From Oceanococcaceae bacterium (GTDB lineage: Bacteria > Pseudomonadota > Gammaproteobacteria > Nevskiales > Oceanococcaceae): a stretch of 38,349 nt of DNA. Below, in pieces: positions 1-9,252 of this stretch. The number at the start of each line of letters is the position of its first letter. Within the stretch, counting starts at the first letter, position 1. The notes under the pieces are model-generated. The model had not been told where the DNA came from. It saw only the letters and a list, made by a program, of their open reading frames with translations, and searched no databases. The position numbers and the translations under genes are program-made. The DNA is taken from the NCBI GenBank assembly GCA_039768115.1, contig JBDNBC010000228.1, forward strand, positions 1 through 38,349, read 5' to 3'.

Positions 1-333
1 GTGCTGGGGATGGGTGGCGGCTGGGTCTCGGTGGTTTTCGCCAACGCCAAGGAGTTGTCCGGGCCGCAGGCTGCCGGTTTTGGCATCAGCATGGTCAACA
101 CCGGGGTGTTTTTTGGCGCCGCGGTGATGCAGTCGCTGTTTGGCGTCATGCTCGATTTGCTCGACCCGCAGGCGCATGGGCACGACTACGCGCTGCTGGC
201 CTGGCAGGGTGCACTGCTGGCCAGCGCAGGAGTGGCTGCCGTCGGGCTATGGGGCTGTGTCCGCATGACCGACTCCGGCCCGGCGCTTGTGGCAGCATCT
301 GCGACTGATTCGTCGATTCCGGGCCCGGCATGA
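1..333 (+). CDS. MFS-type transporter, C-terminal fragment (5' end outside the window)
   Basis: The ORF runs off the 5' edge. The translation is G/A/V/L/F-rich with helix-length hydrophobic segments (GFGISMVNTGVFFGAAVMQSLFGVMLDLL; ALLAWQGALLASAGVAAVGLWG), typical of the last helices of a major-facilitator permease. Its stop overlaps the cysM start (ATGA at 330-333). Confidence 0.55.
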   Translation: MLGMGGGWVSVVFANAKELSGPQAAGFGISMVNTGVFFGAAVMQSLFGVMLDLLDPQAHGHDYALLAWQGALLASAGVAAVGLWGCVRMTDSGPALVAASATDSSIPGPA

Positions 334-1220
334 GCCTGCATACCCTTGACCACACCGTTGGCAACACGCCACTGGTGAGACTGCAACGCATGGCTGCCGA
401 TACCGGTAGCACGGTGTGCGTCAAACTCGAAGGAAACAACCCGGCGGGCTCGGTCAAGGATCGTCCGGCCTACTCGATGATCACGCAGGCTGAACAGCGC
501 GGTGATATTTCTCCGGGTGACCGGCTGATCGAGGCCACCAGCGGCAACACCGGCATTGCCCTGGCTATGGTCGCGGCGATGCGCGGCTACAAAATGACGC
601 TGATCATGCCGGCACACATGAGCGCAGAGCGGCGGGCGGCCATGAAGGCCTTCGGTGCCGAGATCATCCTGGTCAGCAAGGACGAGGGCATGGAAGGCGC
701 ACGCGATCTGGCTGAGGCCATGCAGGCGCGCGGTGATGGCATCGTGCTGGACCAGTTCGGCAATGCCGATAACCCGCGCGCCCACTACGAAGGTACCGGC
801 CCGGAGATCTGGCGCGACACGGCCGGCAAGGTCACTCACTTCGTGGCCTCGATGGGCACCACCGGCACCATCATGGGCGTGTCGCGGTATCTCAAGGAAC
901 AGAACCCGGCGATTCAGATCATTGGGGTGCAGCCGGATGGCGAGTCGAGCATTCCCGGCATTCGCTGCTGGCCCGAGGCGTACCTGCCGCGCATTTACGA
1001 TCGTCAGCGCATCGATGCCATTCTGGAAGTCGATGCCGTCACCGCCGAGCGGCGCATGCGCGAGCTGGCCTCCGTTGAAGGCATCTTTGCCGGAGTGTCT
1101 TCCGGCGGAGCGCTGCATTGCGCACTGAACGTCGCCCGCGACAACCCGGGCAGCCTGGTGGTTAGCATCGTTTGTGATCGCGGCGACCGTTATATTTCCA
1201 CAGGGGTATATCCCGACTGA
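330..1220 (+). CDS. cysM: Cysteine synthase B (O-acetylserine sulfhydrylase, PLP-dependent)
   Basis: 296-aa ORF with hallmark motifs NPAGSVKDRPA (PLP lysine), TSGNTGIALA and GTTGTIMG. Length and overall pattern fit CysM. Confidence 0.9.
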   Translation: MSLHTLDHTVGNTPLVRLQRMAADTGSTVCVKLEGNNPAGSVKDRPAYSMITQAEQRGDISPGDRLIEATSGNTGIALAMVAAMRGYKMTLIMPAHMSAERRAAMKAFGAEIILVSKDEGMEGARDLAEAMQARGDGIVLDQFGNADNPRAHYEGTGPEIWRDTAGKVTHFVASMGTTGTIMGVSRYLKEQNPAIQIIGVQPDGESSIPGIRCWPEAYLPRIYDRQRIDAILEVDAVTAERRMRELASVEGIFAGVSSGGALHCALNVARDNPGSLVVSIVCDRGDRYISTGVYPD

Positions 1221-1804
1221 TGCTTGCGCTTGTTTGCTATTGGCGGCCCGATACTGCGTCGGCGCGCCGGCTCTATGGTTTTTCCGATGCGCTAGAGGAC
1301 GGCGATGTCGTTAAGGCTGTCGAGCAGGTGCGACATCAGCGCCGCGGCCGCACCGACATGCCGCCTTGGCTGCGGGCCCTTGACGGCTTTGCCCTGGCCG
1401 ACGCCGTGCAGTACGACACCTGCACGGTGCAGGATGCCGCGGAGCGCGCGGTCCTCGAGGCTCTGGTCGATAAGCTCAATGCCCGGCCCGATGCGCCGAT
1501 TGCCTGCTATGCCGACGGCGCGGACCTGATCCGCCAGCTGCGCCTGCGCATGCTGGTGTGCGGCATGCCTGGCGAATGGTCGGCGGGTTGGGCGTCGCGG
1601 GTGGTGGATGGATCATCCTGGCAGCCGCGGGCGCTGGCCGATGAGCCGGAAGCGTTTCGCGCGCTGCTGGGCCTGACCGACGACGCCGTATCCTTCGACC
1701 CCTGGGTCGCACCGACGGCGGAGTGGCAAGCGTCGGCCCCGAGCGCGCAAAGGACGGCGCAGGCCGAGGCCCTGCTGACGTGGCATCGCCGGGGCTGGTT
1801 GTGA
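1220..1804 (+). CDS. Unassigned 194-aa protein; possibly an RNase H-fold 3'-5' exonuclease-like protein with a substituted DxE motif
   Basis: It exactly fills the cysM-rlmD gap, with a TGATG overlap at its start and a GTGA overlap at its end. G/C is enriched at third codon positions and the composition is balanced and acidic. SARRLYGFSDALEDGDV and PIACYADGADLIRQLRLRMLVCGMPGEW resemble, from memory, the PolB-like predicted exonuclease family (..FDIETVPD..ARRLYGL.. / ..NG.GFDLPVL.YRAL.HG..), but the N-terminal motif reads LVCYWRPD. Confidence 0.5.
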   Translation: MLALVCYWRPDTASARRLYGFSDALEDGDVVKAVEQVRHQRRGRTDMPPWLRALDGFALADAVQYDTCTVQDAAERAVLEALVDKLNARPDAPIACYADGADLIRQLRLRMLVCGMPGEWSAGWASRVVDGSSWQPRALADEPEAFRALLGLTDDAVSFDPWVAPTAEWQASAPSAQRTAQAEALLTWHRRGWL

Positions 1805-3120
1805 GCCGCAAGCGTTTTGACCGCGAGGAACGCATCGCCGGCCACGTGGTAGACCTGTCGGCGGACGGCCGGGGCGTCGTACGCACCGACGGTAAGGCGG
1901 TGTTCGTCAGCGATGCGCTGCCCGGCGAAGAGATTGTCTATCGTCGGCGCAAGCGCAATCGGCGCTTCGATGAGGCGGAACTGCTGGAAGTGCTGCAGCC
2001 CAGCCCGGACCGAGTCACGCCGCGCTGCCCGCATTTCGGGCAGTGCGGCGGATGCTCGATGCAGCACCTGCATCCGGACGCGCAGATTGCGGCCAAGCAG
2101 AAGGAATTACGCGAAGCGCTGCGTCGGCTAGGCAACGGCGCCGAACCCGAGCGCTGGCTGGCGCCGCTGACCGGCCCCTCGTGGGAATACCGGCGGCGCG
2201 CGCGGCTGGCCTGCAAGCAGGTCGATGGCAAGGGCCGGGTACTGGTCGGTTTTCGTGAGCGCAATGGGCGCTATGTGGCCGATATCCAGAGTTGTGCTGT
2301 GCTGGATGCGCGCATCGGCACCCTGCTGATGCCCCTGTCGGAGCTGCTCGGTCAATTGTCCTGCCCGGATCAAATTCCGCAAATTGAAGCCTCTGCCGGG
2401 GACGATGCGCTGGTTCTGCTGTTGCGTCATCTGCAGCCGTTGTCAGGGGAGGACGCCATTCGCCTGGCGCGTTTTGCCAGTGAACACGACATTCACTGGT
2501 ATCTGCAGTCCGGCGGGCCGGCCACGATTCGCCCGCTGGAGGACCCGGTCACGCTGCATTACGCGCTGCCGGAATTCGACATCACCATGGCTTTCGGCCC
2601 CACCGACTTCATACAGGTCAATGCCGAACTGAACCGCAAGATGGTGCGGCAGGCTCTGGATCTGCTGGACGCACCGGCGGGCGCGCAGATCCTCGAGCTG
2701 TTCGCCGGGTTGGGCAACTTTACCCTGCCGATGGCTCGTCAGGGCGGGCAGGTGATGGCGGTGGAGGGCAGCGAGGAGCTGGTGGCCAAGGGCCGTGCCA
2801 ACGCGCAGCGTCATGGCCTGGATGTCGGCTATGCCGTTGCCGATCTGTTCGCATTAAGCGGCGACGAAGCCTGGCTTCAGCGCGACTACGACTACGCCCT
2901 GTTTGATCCCCCGCGCAGTGGCGCGGCCGAGGTGATCCCGTTACTGCTGCGACGACCGCCACGGCGCATCGTCTATGTGTCCTGTCATCCCGGTTCACTG
3001 GCGCGGGATGCCGGGACACTCATCGCTGGCGGTTACCGCCTGACGGCGGCCGGCGTCATGGACATGTTTCCGCACACCGGGCACGTGGAATCGATCGCCT
3101 GCTTCGACTGGGCCGGGTGA
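1801..3120 (+). CDS. rlmD: 23S rRNA (uracil1939-C5)-methyltransferase RlmD (RumA)
   Basis: TRAM-like N-terminus (VVDLSADGRGVVRTDGKAVFV), Fe-S cysteines (RCPHFGQCGGCSMQHL), SAM motif (ILELFAGLGNFTLPMA) and catalytic-Cys region (VYVSCHPGSLARD). I prefer the GTG at 1801 (GTGA overlap with the upstream stop) because the N-terminal length then matches E. coli RlmD. The ORF track's ATG at 1723 is the alternative. Confidence 0.85.
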   Translation: MSRKRFDREERIAGHVVDLSADGRGVVRTDGKAVFVSDALPGEEIVYRRRKRNRRFDEAELLEVLQPSPDRVTPRCPHFGQCGGCSMQHLHPDAQIAAKQKELREALRRLGNGAEPERWLAPLTGPSWEYRRRARLACKQVDGKGRVLVGFRERNGRYVADIQSCAVLDARIGTLLMPLSELLGQLSCPDQIPQIEASAGDDALVLLLRHLQPLSGEDAIRLARFASEHDIHWYLQSGGPATIRPLEDPVTLHYALPEFDITMAFGPTDFIQVNAELNRKMVRQALDLLDAPAGAQILELFAGLGNFTLPMARQGGQVMAVEGSEELVAKGRANAQRHGLDVGYAVADLFALSGDEAWLQRDYDYALFDPPRSGAAEVIPLLLRRPPRRIVYVSCHPGSLARDAGTLIAGGYRLTAAGVMDMFPHTGHVESIACFDWAG

Positions 3121-3599
3121 TGGCGCGGGTGGAGATTTCGCTGGCGCGCCAACGCCTGTGTCTGTGGCAGGGGGATGTGGCGCGTGACTATCCGATTTCG
3201 ACCGCAGCGATGGGGGCGGGGGAGCGTGAAAACTCTGGCTGCACACCGCGCGGCCGCCATCGAATAGCCGAGAAAATCGGCGCTGATGCACCCGTCGGCA
3301 GCGTTTTCGTCGGACGTGTGCCGACGGGCGAAATTTTCACTGAAGCGCTGGGTGCGGAGCATCCCGAGCGCGACTGGATTCTCACCCGCATCCTCTGGCT
3401 GGCCGGCTGCGAGCCCGGCACCAACGCCGGCCCGGGCATCGATACCTATGCACGCTACATCTACATTCATGGCACCAATGACATTGAGAGTCTGGGTCAG
3501 CCGGTCTCGCATGGCTGTATCCGCATGAACTCGGCCGATGTGATGGCGGTTTTCGACAGGGTGTCAGTGGGAGACGAGGTCATGATCCATGACGACTGA
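3117..3599 (+). CDS. L,D-transpeptidase (YkuD-domain) family protein
   Basis: Catalytic signature IHGTNDIESLGQPVSHGCIRM (His...SHGC). Start is GTG 3117 or ATG 3120, overlapping the rlmD stop. Confidence 0.8.
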   Translation: MMARVEISLARQRLCLWQGDVARDYPISTAAMGAGERENSGCTPRGRHRIAEKIGADAPVGSVFVGRVPTGEIFTEALGAEHPERDWILTRILWLAGCEPGTNAGPGIDTYARYIYIHGTNDIESLGQPVSHGCIRMNSADVMAVFDRVSVGDEVMIHDD

Positions 3600-4650
3600 A
3601 ACCGCAGTGCTGGGGCCGGTCATGGGCGATCTGCGCGGTCTGCAGCTGGCGGACGACGAGCGTGCCTGGCTGCACCACCCGCTGATCGGCGGGGTGATTC
3701 TGTTCGCGCGCAATTACCGTGACCCGCAGCAGCTGGCCGAATTGATGGCGGCCATTCGCGCCGAGCGCGAGGACATCCTCGTGGCGGTGGATACCGAAGG
3801 CGGGCGGGTACAGCGCTGCCGTGACGGTTTCACGGTGCTGCCGCCGCTGGCACGTTTCGGAGAAATGTATGCCGATCAGCCGGACCATGCCCGGCAATGC
3901 GCGGAGTGGGGCGGCTGGGTGCTCGGCGCCGAGCTCGCGGCCTTCGATATCGATCTGCCGTTCGCGCCGGTGCTGGATCTGGACGGCGGGGTGTCGGCGA
4001 TCATCGGCGATCGCGCGCTGCATGCCGACCCCGACGTTGTGGCTGACCTCGCGGCTGCACACATGCGCGGGCTGGTCCGCGGCGGGGTGGCGACAACGGG
4101 CAAGCATTTCCCCGGACATGGCATGGTCGCGCCGGATTCGCACGAGGAGCTGCCGGTCGATGTGCGCTCGCGTACGGCCCTGGAGGCGCACGATCTGCGG
4201 CCCTATCGCGAGACCCTGGCGCAGCTCGATTCGGTCATGGTGGCCCACGTGGTGTATCCCGCCGTCGACGCGCAACCGGCCAGCTTCTCCTCTCGTTGGT
4301 TGCAGGACATCCTGCGCGGTGCGATGGGCTATGACGGGGTGATTTTTGCTGATGACCTGAGCATGGGCGGCGCCCACGTGCAGGGCGATATTGTGGCCCG
4401 GGCCGAGGCGGCTTTTGCGGCCGGGTGCGACATGTTGCCGGTCTGCAATCAGCCCGACGACCTGCACCGTTTGCTATCGCGCTGGCGCTGCACGAACCCG
4501 GAGCGCGGGCACGCCCGACTGCAGGCATTGCGTCGGCGTCGGGCCGGGAGCGCGCCCTCGGCGCAGGCCTATGCCGCCCTCGCGGCCGCCGGTCTGATCG
4601 ATCACGCCGAGCCGCCCGCGACGCGGCCCGTAACCGGAGAAACCCCATGA
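3589..4650 (+). CDS. nagZ: Beta-N-acetylhexosaminidase NagZ (GH3, peptidoglycan recycling)
   Basis: GH3 motifs VAVDTEGGRVQR and TGKHFPGHG. 353 aa. The start overlaps the end of the previous gene. Confidence 0.9.
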   Translation: MTTETAVLGPVMGDLRGLQLADDERAWLHHPLIGGVILFARNYRDPQQLAELMAAIRAEREDILVAVDTEGGRVQRCRDGFTVLPPLARFGEMYADQPDHARQCAEWGGWVLGAELAAFDIDLPFAPVLDLDGGVSAIIGDRALHADPDVVADLAAAHMRGLVRGGVATTGKHFPGHGMVAPDSHEELPVDVRSRTALEAHDLRPYRETLAQLDSVMVAHVVYPAVDAQPASFSSRWLQDILRGAMGYDGVIFADDLSMGGAHVQGDIVARAEAAFAAGCDMLPVCNQPDDLHRLLSRWRCTNPERGHARLQALRRRRAGSAPSAQAYAALAAAGLIDHAEPPATRPVTGETP

Positions 4651-5240
4651 CGCAAAGCGTGCAGCGCGCGCGCGCAGTGCAGGCCCAGGCCGTGCTCGAG
4701 TCCAGTGAGGTGCTGGTCGGGACGGACGCACTGGCGGCAATTTACGACGACCTGGCCGCGCGCAGTGCGGCGGATTTACGCGACAGCAATCCGCTGGTGC
4801 TCTGTGTCATGGTGGGCGGGCTGTACGCCACGGCGGAGATCACCCGGCGCTGGGACTTTCCGCACGACGTGGACTATCTGCAAGCCACGCGCTATCGCGG
4901 CGCGCTGCAGGGCGGTGAGATTGCCTGGCGCGCGACCCCCGGTGAGGCCCTTCAGGGTCGGCACGTACTGGTCATTGACGATGTGCTGGACGAGGGGCCG
5001 ACGCTGGTGGCCGTGCTCGATGCGTTGGCCGCCCAGCAGCCGGCATCGCTACGCGCGCTTGTGACCTGCGAGAAGCAGCATGCGCGCAAGCATCCCCGGG
5101 CCGGAGCCGACTACATCGGTGCCTCGCTACCGGACCGTTACCTGTTTGGCGCGGGTATGGATTACCACAATCATTGGCGCCAACTCGACGAGATTCGCGC
5201 CCTGGTCGAGTCGCCGTCTAAGGCAGAGGATGGGGCATGA
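4647..5240 (+). CDS. hpt: Hypoxanthine/guanine phosphoribosyltransferase
   Basis: PRPP-binding loop VLVIDDVLDEGPTL. The ATG at 4647 forms an ATGA overlap with the nagZ stop. The upstream part of track ORF 4425-5240 is R/A/P-rich overlap with nagZ and was discarded. Confidence 0.8.
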   Translation: MTQSVQRARAVQAQAVLESSEVLVGTDALAAIYDDLAARSAADLRDSNPLVLCVMVGGLYATAEITRRWDFPHDVDYLQATRYRGALQGGEIAWRATPGEALQGRHVLVIDDVLDEGPTLVAVLDALAAQQPASLRALVTCEKQHARKHPRAGADYIGASLPDRYLFGAGMDYHNHWRQLDEIRALVESPSKAEDGA

Positions 5241-5977
5241 AAGCCATTATTGGCGGCACCGGGTTGAATCGCCTGGATGGGGTGGAAGCCCTGCAGCGTC
5301 TTGAACAGGCGACGCCCTACGCTCGCACGCCGGTGGTCATGTTTCGGGGCCAGTGGGATGGTGCCGAAGTGCTGTTCCTGCCGCGGCACGGTGAGGGGCA
5401 CCGGGTACCTCCGCACGCAATTAACTACCGCGCCAATATCGACGCCCTGCGTCGAGCCGGCGCCCGTGAAGTCGTGGGGGTGGCCGCGGTGGGCAGCATG
5501 CGCCGCGACCTGCCTCCCGCCGCGCTTGCTGTCCCGCAGGACATCATCGATTACACCTGGGGTCGTGCCCACACCTTCTGCGCCGATGACAGCGACAGCG
5601 TGCTACATGTCGAATTCGCGCCGCCCTACGCGGAGCCCATGCGCCGGGATGTGCTGGCCAGTGCCCAAGGGGCGCTGGTCGACGATGCCGTACTGGCGGT
5701 GACCCAGGGGCCGCGGCTGGAGTCCGCCGCGGAAATCCGCCGGCTGCAGCGCGACGGCTGTGACCTGGTGGGCATGACGGCCATGCCCGAGGCCGCGCTG
5801 GCCCGTGAAGCCGGCCTCGACTACGTCACCCTCGCCGTCGTCGTGAACTGGGCGGCGGGAATTGGCGAGGGCGCGATCCACGCTGAGATCGAGCGCTCGC
5901 TGGCATCCGGTATGGCGCAGGTGCATCAGTTGCTGGCACGGTGGCTGCGTGCGGGCGACAGCGCCGACGGTGACTGA
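5237..5977 (+). CDS. mtnP: S-methyl-5'-thioadenosine / methylthioinosine phosphorylase (PNP family)
   Basis: IIGGTGL..., FLPRHGEGHRVPPHAINYRANIDAL and GMTAMPEAALAREAGL are typical of the MTAP/MTIP family. It is coupled to hpt by an ATGA overlap. Confidence 0.8.
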   Translation: MKAIIGGTGLNRLDGVEALQRLEQATPYARTPVVMFRGQWDGAEVLFLPRHGEGHRVPPHAINYRANIDALRRAGAREVVGVAAVGSMRRDLPPAALAVPQDIIDYTWGRAHTFCADDSDSVLHVEFAPPYAEPMRRDVLASAQGALVDDAVLAVTQGPRLESAAEIRRLQRDGCDLVGMTAMPEAALAREAGLDYVTLAVVVNWAAGIGEGAIHAEIERSLASGMAQVHQLLARWLRAGDSADGD

Positions 5978-6005
5978 TCGCACGCCGTTGTGCGTTGCGG
6001 GAGGG

Positions 6006-6800
6006 GTGCGCCGCTTCCCGCCCCGGTACTGGCGGGTCATTGGTCTGCTCATCATGGTGTTTGGCCATGGTCCGGGAGGGGCCCAGCATGACGACACGCC
6101 GTTGCGCATTGCGGTGGCGGCCAATTTCGCGCCGGTTCTTGCCACGGTGGCCGAGCGCTTCACGGCGCAAGGCGGGCATCGAGTGGTGTGGTCAGCGGCC
6201 GCATCCGGCGCGCTGTATGCGCAGATTCGTCAAGGCGCGCCGTTCGACATCTACCTCTCCGCCGATGTGATGCGGCCGGAGAAAATTCACGCGGCGGGGC
6301 TCGCCAGCGGCCCGGTATTCGGCTACGCCACCGGCGTACTGGTGCTGTACGCCCCGGGGCAGAACATCAAGGACGACATCGCGGAAGAGCTGGCCAGGCT
6401 GGGCGACGGGTATCTGGCGATGGCCAACCCGCGCATCGCCCCGTACGGGGCTGCGGCGCAGCAGGTGCTTGATCAGATCAGGAGCCAGCGCGGGGAGTTG
6501 ACCCTGCGTACCGCGATGGGCAGCAGTATTGGCGCGGCCTTCCATTTTGTGGCGACGGGCAACGCGTCGCACGGCTTTGTCGCGCTGTCGCAGTTGCACA
6601 GCATGAACCCGCCTGCGGACCCCGCCAACTGGCGGACGGTGCCTGGCGCAGGGCATGCGCCGCTGACCCAGGCGGGTGTTGTGCTCGCACGCAGTACGCA
6701 GCTCCGTGCTTCGCACGCCTTCCGGGCGTTCCTGCTGGCCCCGGAGCAACAGCAGTACATCGTTGATTCGGGCTACGCCGCACCGGCGGGCGATTCATGA
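6006..6800 (+). CDS. modA: Molybdate ABC transporter substrate-binding protein
   Basis: Signal-peptide-like RYWRVIGLLIMVFG, then RIAVAANFAPVLATVAERF and LYAQIRQGAPFDIYLSAD (ModA pattern), followed by modB and modC. The start is uncertain (TTG 5988, GTG 6006 or ATG 6054). The track start at 5862 lies inside mtnP. Confidence 0.8.
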   Translation: MRRFPPRYWRVIGLLIMVFGHGPGGAQHDDTPLRIAVAANFAPVLATVAERFTAQGGHRVVWSAAASGALYAQIRQGAPFDIYLSADVMRPEKIHAAGLASGPVFGYATGVLVLYAPGQNIKDDIAEELARLGDGYLAMANPRIAPYGAAAQQVLDQIRSQRGELTLRTAMGSSIGAAFHFVATGNASHGFVALSQLHSMNPPADPANWRTVPGAGHAPLTQAGVVLARSTQLRASHAFRAFLLAPEQQQYIVDSGYAAPAGDS

Positions 6801-7498
6801 ACGGCGTTCTTGAGGCGCTTAGCTCTCCGGCGCTGCGTCTGACCCTGGAAGTGGCGGCGCTGACCACGCTGGCGCTGATGCTGCTGGCCCCGCCCCTGGC
6901 CTGGTGGCTGGCGACCACCCGCTCGCGCTGGCGGGGACTGTGTGAGGCCATCGTGGCCTTGCCGCTGGTATTGCCGCCGACGGTGCTGGGGTTTTATCTG
7001 CTGATTTTGATGAACCCGGATGGCGTTCTGACCCGAGCGTTGGGGGTGGTCGGGTTCGACGGTCAGCTGAGTTTCAGTCGCAGCGGACTGGTGCTGGCCT
7101 CGATCCTGTATTCACTGCCATTTGCAGTGCAGCCGCTGGTCAGTACTTTCGCCGGCGTGCCGCGGGCCCTGCTGGAGGCGGCGCAGACCCTGGGGGCCTC
7201 ACTACCGGATCGTTTTATCAGTGTGGTGCTGCCACTGTCGCGGCGCGGCTTCGTGACGGCCGCGACGCTGACTTTCGCCCATACCGTGGGCGAGTTCGGG
7301 GTCGTGCTGATGGTCGGTGGGAATATTCCGGGCGTCACGCAGATGATCTCCGTGGCCATATTCGATCATGTCGAGGCGCTGGAATACACACAGGCGCATG
7401 TGCTGTCATTGATCATGCTGGGTTTTTCGCTGGGTGTGCTGACCCTGGTGTATAGCCTGCAACGCGGGATCAGCGTTGCCGGGGACCCACGTTCATGA
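6797..7498 (+). CDS. modB: Molybdate ABC transporter permease
   Basis: Multi-helix membrane protein with a CysTW/ModB-type loop (EAAQTLGASLPDRFISVVLPLSRRG). Start and stop overlap modA and modC. Confidence 0.9.
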   Translation: MNGVLEALSSPALRLTLEVAALTTLALMLLAPPLAWWLATTRSRWRGLCEAIVALPLVLPPTVLGFYLLILMNPDGVLTRALGVVGFDGQLSFSRSGLVLASILYSLPFAVQPLVSTFAGVPRALLEAAQTLGASLPDRFISVVLPLSRRGFVTAATLTFAHTVGEFGVVLMVGGNIPGVTQMISVAIFDHVEALEYTQAHVLSLIMLGFSLGVLTLVYSLQRGISVAGDPRS

Positions 7499-8607
7499 GC
7501 GACCTGCGCGGTCATCTGCAATGGCAACAGGGCGAGTTTCGCCTCGATACGGGGCCGTTTGTCATACCGTTGGACGGTGTCACGGCCATTTTCGGTCGCT
7601 CGGGTGCCGGGAAAAGTACGCTGCTACGGGTGATCTCCGGATTTGAGCGAGGGGCGCAGGGCGAACTTCACTGCGGGCCGGAACCGTGGCTGCAGCCGGG
7701 TCTGATCGTGCCCGCCCGGCGGCGTCGAGTGGGGATGGTTTTTCAGAAGCCGGCGCTGTTTCCGCATCTGACGGTGCGCGGCAATCTGGAATATGCCCTT
7801 CGCCGTGTCGTCAGTCACGCGGTGAGCCACGATGCGGCCGCGAGGCCAACCCTGAGCTTGCCAGAGGTGGTTGCCCGGGTCGGTCTGGAGCGCCAGCTGG
7901 ATGCGCCGGTCACCCATCTGTCAGGCGGAGAACAGCAGCGCGTCGCCCTGGCCCGGGCCGTGCTGTCGCGCCCCCAGCTGCTATGCATGGATGAACCGCT
8001 GTCGAATCTCGATTGGGATGCGCGCGACGCGTTGCTGGACCTGATTGAGCAACTGGCTCATGACAGCCGCGTGCCCGTCCTCTATGTGACGCATGCCCCC
8101 CGCGAGGTCGAGCGCATCGCGCAACGCGTTCTCTTTATGGACGCGGGACGCGTGATCGGGCTTGACGATCTGCAGACGGCGCTGTCGCGGGCTGATTCGG
8201 TACTGTTCGCTGAAGACGGAGCCGTGACCGTCTGGGAAGGCCGCTTTCAAGCGGATGCGGCAGCGGACGATGGCGCTGGTGTGTTTGTGACCCAGGGCGG
8301 TGCACAGCTGCACGTGGCCTGCGGGAGCGTGGCGGTCAGCCCGATGACGGCCCCGCGTCTGCGCATCCGTGCCAGCGACGTCAGTCTGGCCCGTGAACGC
8401 GTGCGGGGCATCAGTATCCAGAACCAGTTGCTGGCCCGCATCGCGGCGCTGGAAGCGGTGCGGCCGGGGCGGGTGACGGTGCGCCTGCGCACAACAACCG
8501 ACGAACCCTTATTCGCCGAGGTGACGCCGCGCGCCGTGGCGCAGCTCGATTTACGCGTCGGCGAGGTGGTTCATGCATTGATCAAAGCGGTCGCTCTGAT
8601 GCGCTAG
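7495..8607 (+). CDS. modC: Molybdate ABC transporter ATP-binding protein with a C-terminal TOBE/Mop-like domain
   Basis: Walker A GRSGAGKST, signature LSGGEQQRVALARA and Walker B LLCMDEPLS. About 130 extra C-terminal residues, as in ModC. Confidence 0.9.
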   Translation: MSDLRGHLQWQQGEFRLDTGPFVIPLDGVTAIFGRSGAGKSTLLRVISGFERGAQGELHCGPEPWLQPGLIVPARRRRVGMVFQKPALFPHLTVRGNLEYALRRVVSHAVSHDAAARPTLSLPEVVARVGLERQLDAPVTHLSGGEQQRVALARAVLSRPQLLCMDEPLSNLDWDARDALLDLIEQLAHDSRVPVLYVTHAPREVERIAQRVLFMDAGRVIGLDDLQTALSRADSVLFAEDGAVTVWEGRFQADAAADDGAGVFVTQGGAQLHVACGSVAVSPMTAPRLRIRASDVSLARERVRGISIQNQLLARIAALEAVRPGRVTVRLRTTTDEPLFAEVTPRAVAQLDLRVGEVVHALIKAVALMR

Positions 8608-8653
8608 TGGGTGCGCCAGGCCAGCGGCATGGGCGCGGCCTACCTTGCGATGC

Positions 8654-9211
8654 CTACCAGGCGATGTTGACCGTGGCCAGATGCAGATCAACCCGGCGCT
8701 CGCGTTCGCGCGGCAGGATCAGATCCAGGCGCAGGGTGTCGCCCGCCATTTGTGGCGTCCATAACGCGCCGTGACTCTTGTTGTCGCTGACATCCAGCAC
8801 CACACGCTGACCCTGTGCGGACGGCGGATACAGGCGCAGCTGCGCCCCGGCAGGCAGCGCGAAACGATCGAAATGCAAATTCAGCGATTTCGCGTTGGGG
8901 CTATGCAGGTCGACGCGCCAGCGGTCATGGTGCTCGTCCCAGGCCGACCAGGCGCCGGTGGTGGCGGGGCTGATATCCACGGCCACCGCGTCGGCAAAGG
9001 CCAGGGGCTCGCCTTTGCGGCTCGGGGGTGCGTCGGTTCGCGCCGCGGCCAGGTCAATTCGCGGAACCGTCATCGACTCCACACGAGATGATGTGGCCGC
9101 GGAGGTCGCCGTACCGGGCTCACTGGCCCACAAGGCGCAGCCGCCGAGAGAAACCGACAGCAACAACACGAGGACGGGCCCGCGGATACGGGCAAGAGGC
9201 AGTCGGGACAT
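8654..9211 (-). CDS. Hypothetical lipoprotein
   Basis: Signal peptide plus lipobox (VLVLLLSVSLGGC). GGAG lies 9 nt upstream of the ATG at 9211. The mature part is beta-rich ([20 protein letters not shown]). No family confidently recognised. Confidence 0.5.
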   Translation of the reverse strand: MSRLPLARIRGPVLVLLLSVSLGGCALWASEPGTATSAATSSRVESMTVPRIDLAAARTDAPPSRKGEPLAFADAVAVDISPATTGAWSAWDEHHDRWRVDLHSPNAKSLNLHFDRFALPAGAQLRLYPPSAQGQRVVLDVSDNKSHGALWTPQMAGDTLRLDLILPRERERRVDLHLATVNIAW

Positions 9212-9252
9212 GGCGGGGCTCCGTAAGTGGTGGCTGCGGGCAGACACGCACA

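Noticed and set aside
765-772. GCCGATAA (sigma-28 -10 box) inside cysM
   Set aside because: There is no TCAAG-like -35 element at the required distance, and it lies in the middle of a housekeeping coding sequence.
4425-4646. N-terminal extensions offered by the ORF track: hpt 4425, modA 5862, aroF 14643, flgA 17058, flgH 22210, flgI 23065, flgK 25304, fliS 31059, flaG-2 32980, ORF 33364 and fleQ 36388
   Set aside because: The extensions overlap upstream genes or promoters and translate to R/P/A-rich junk. Internal starts give canonical N-termini (signal peptides, conserved family starts) with RBS or stop-start coupling.
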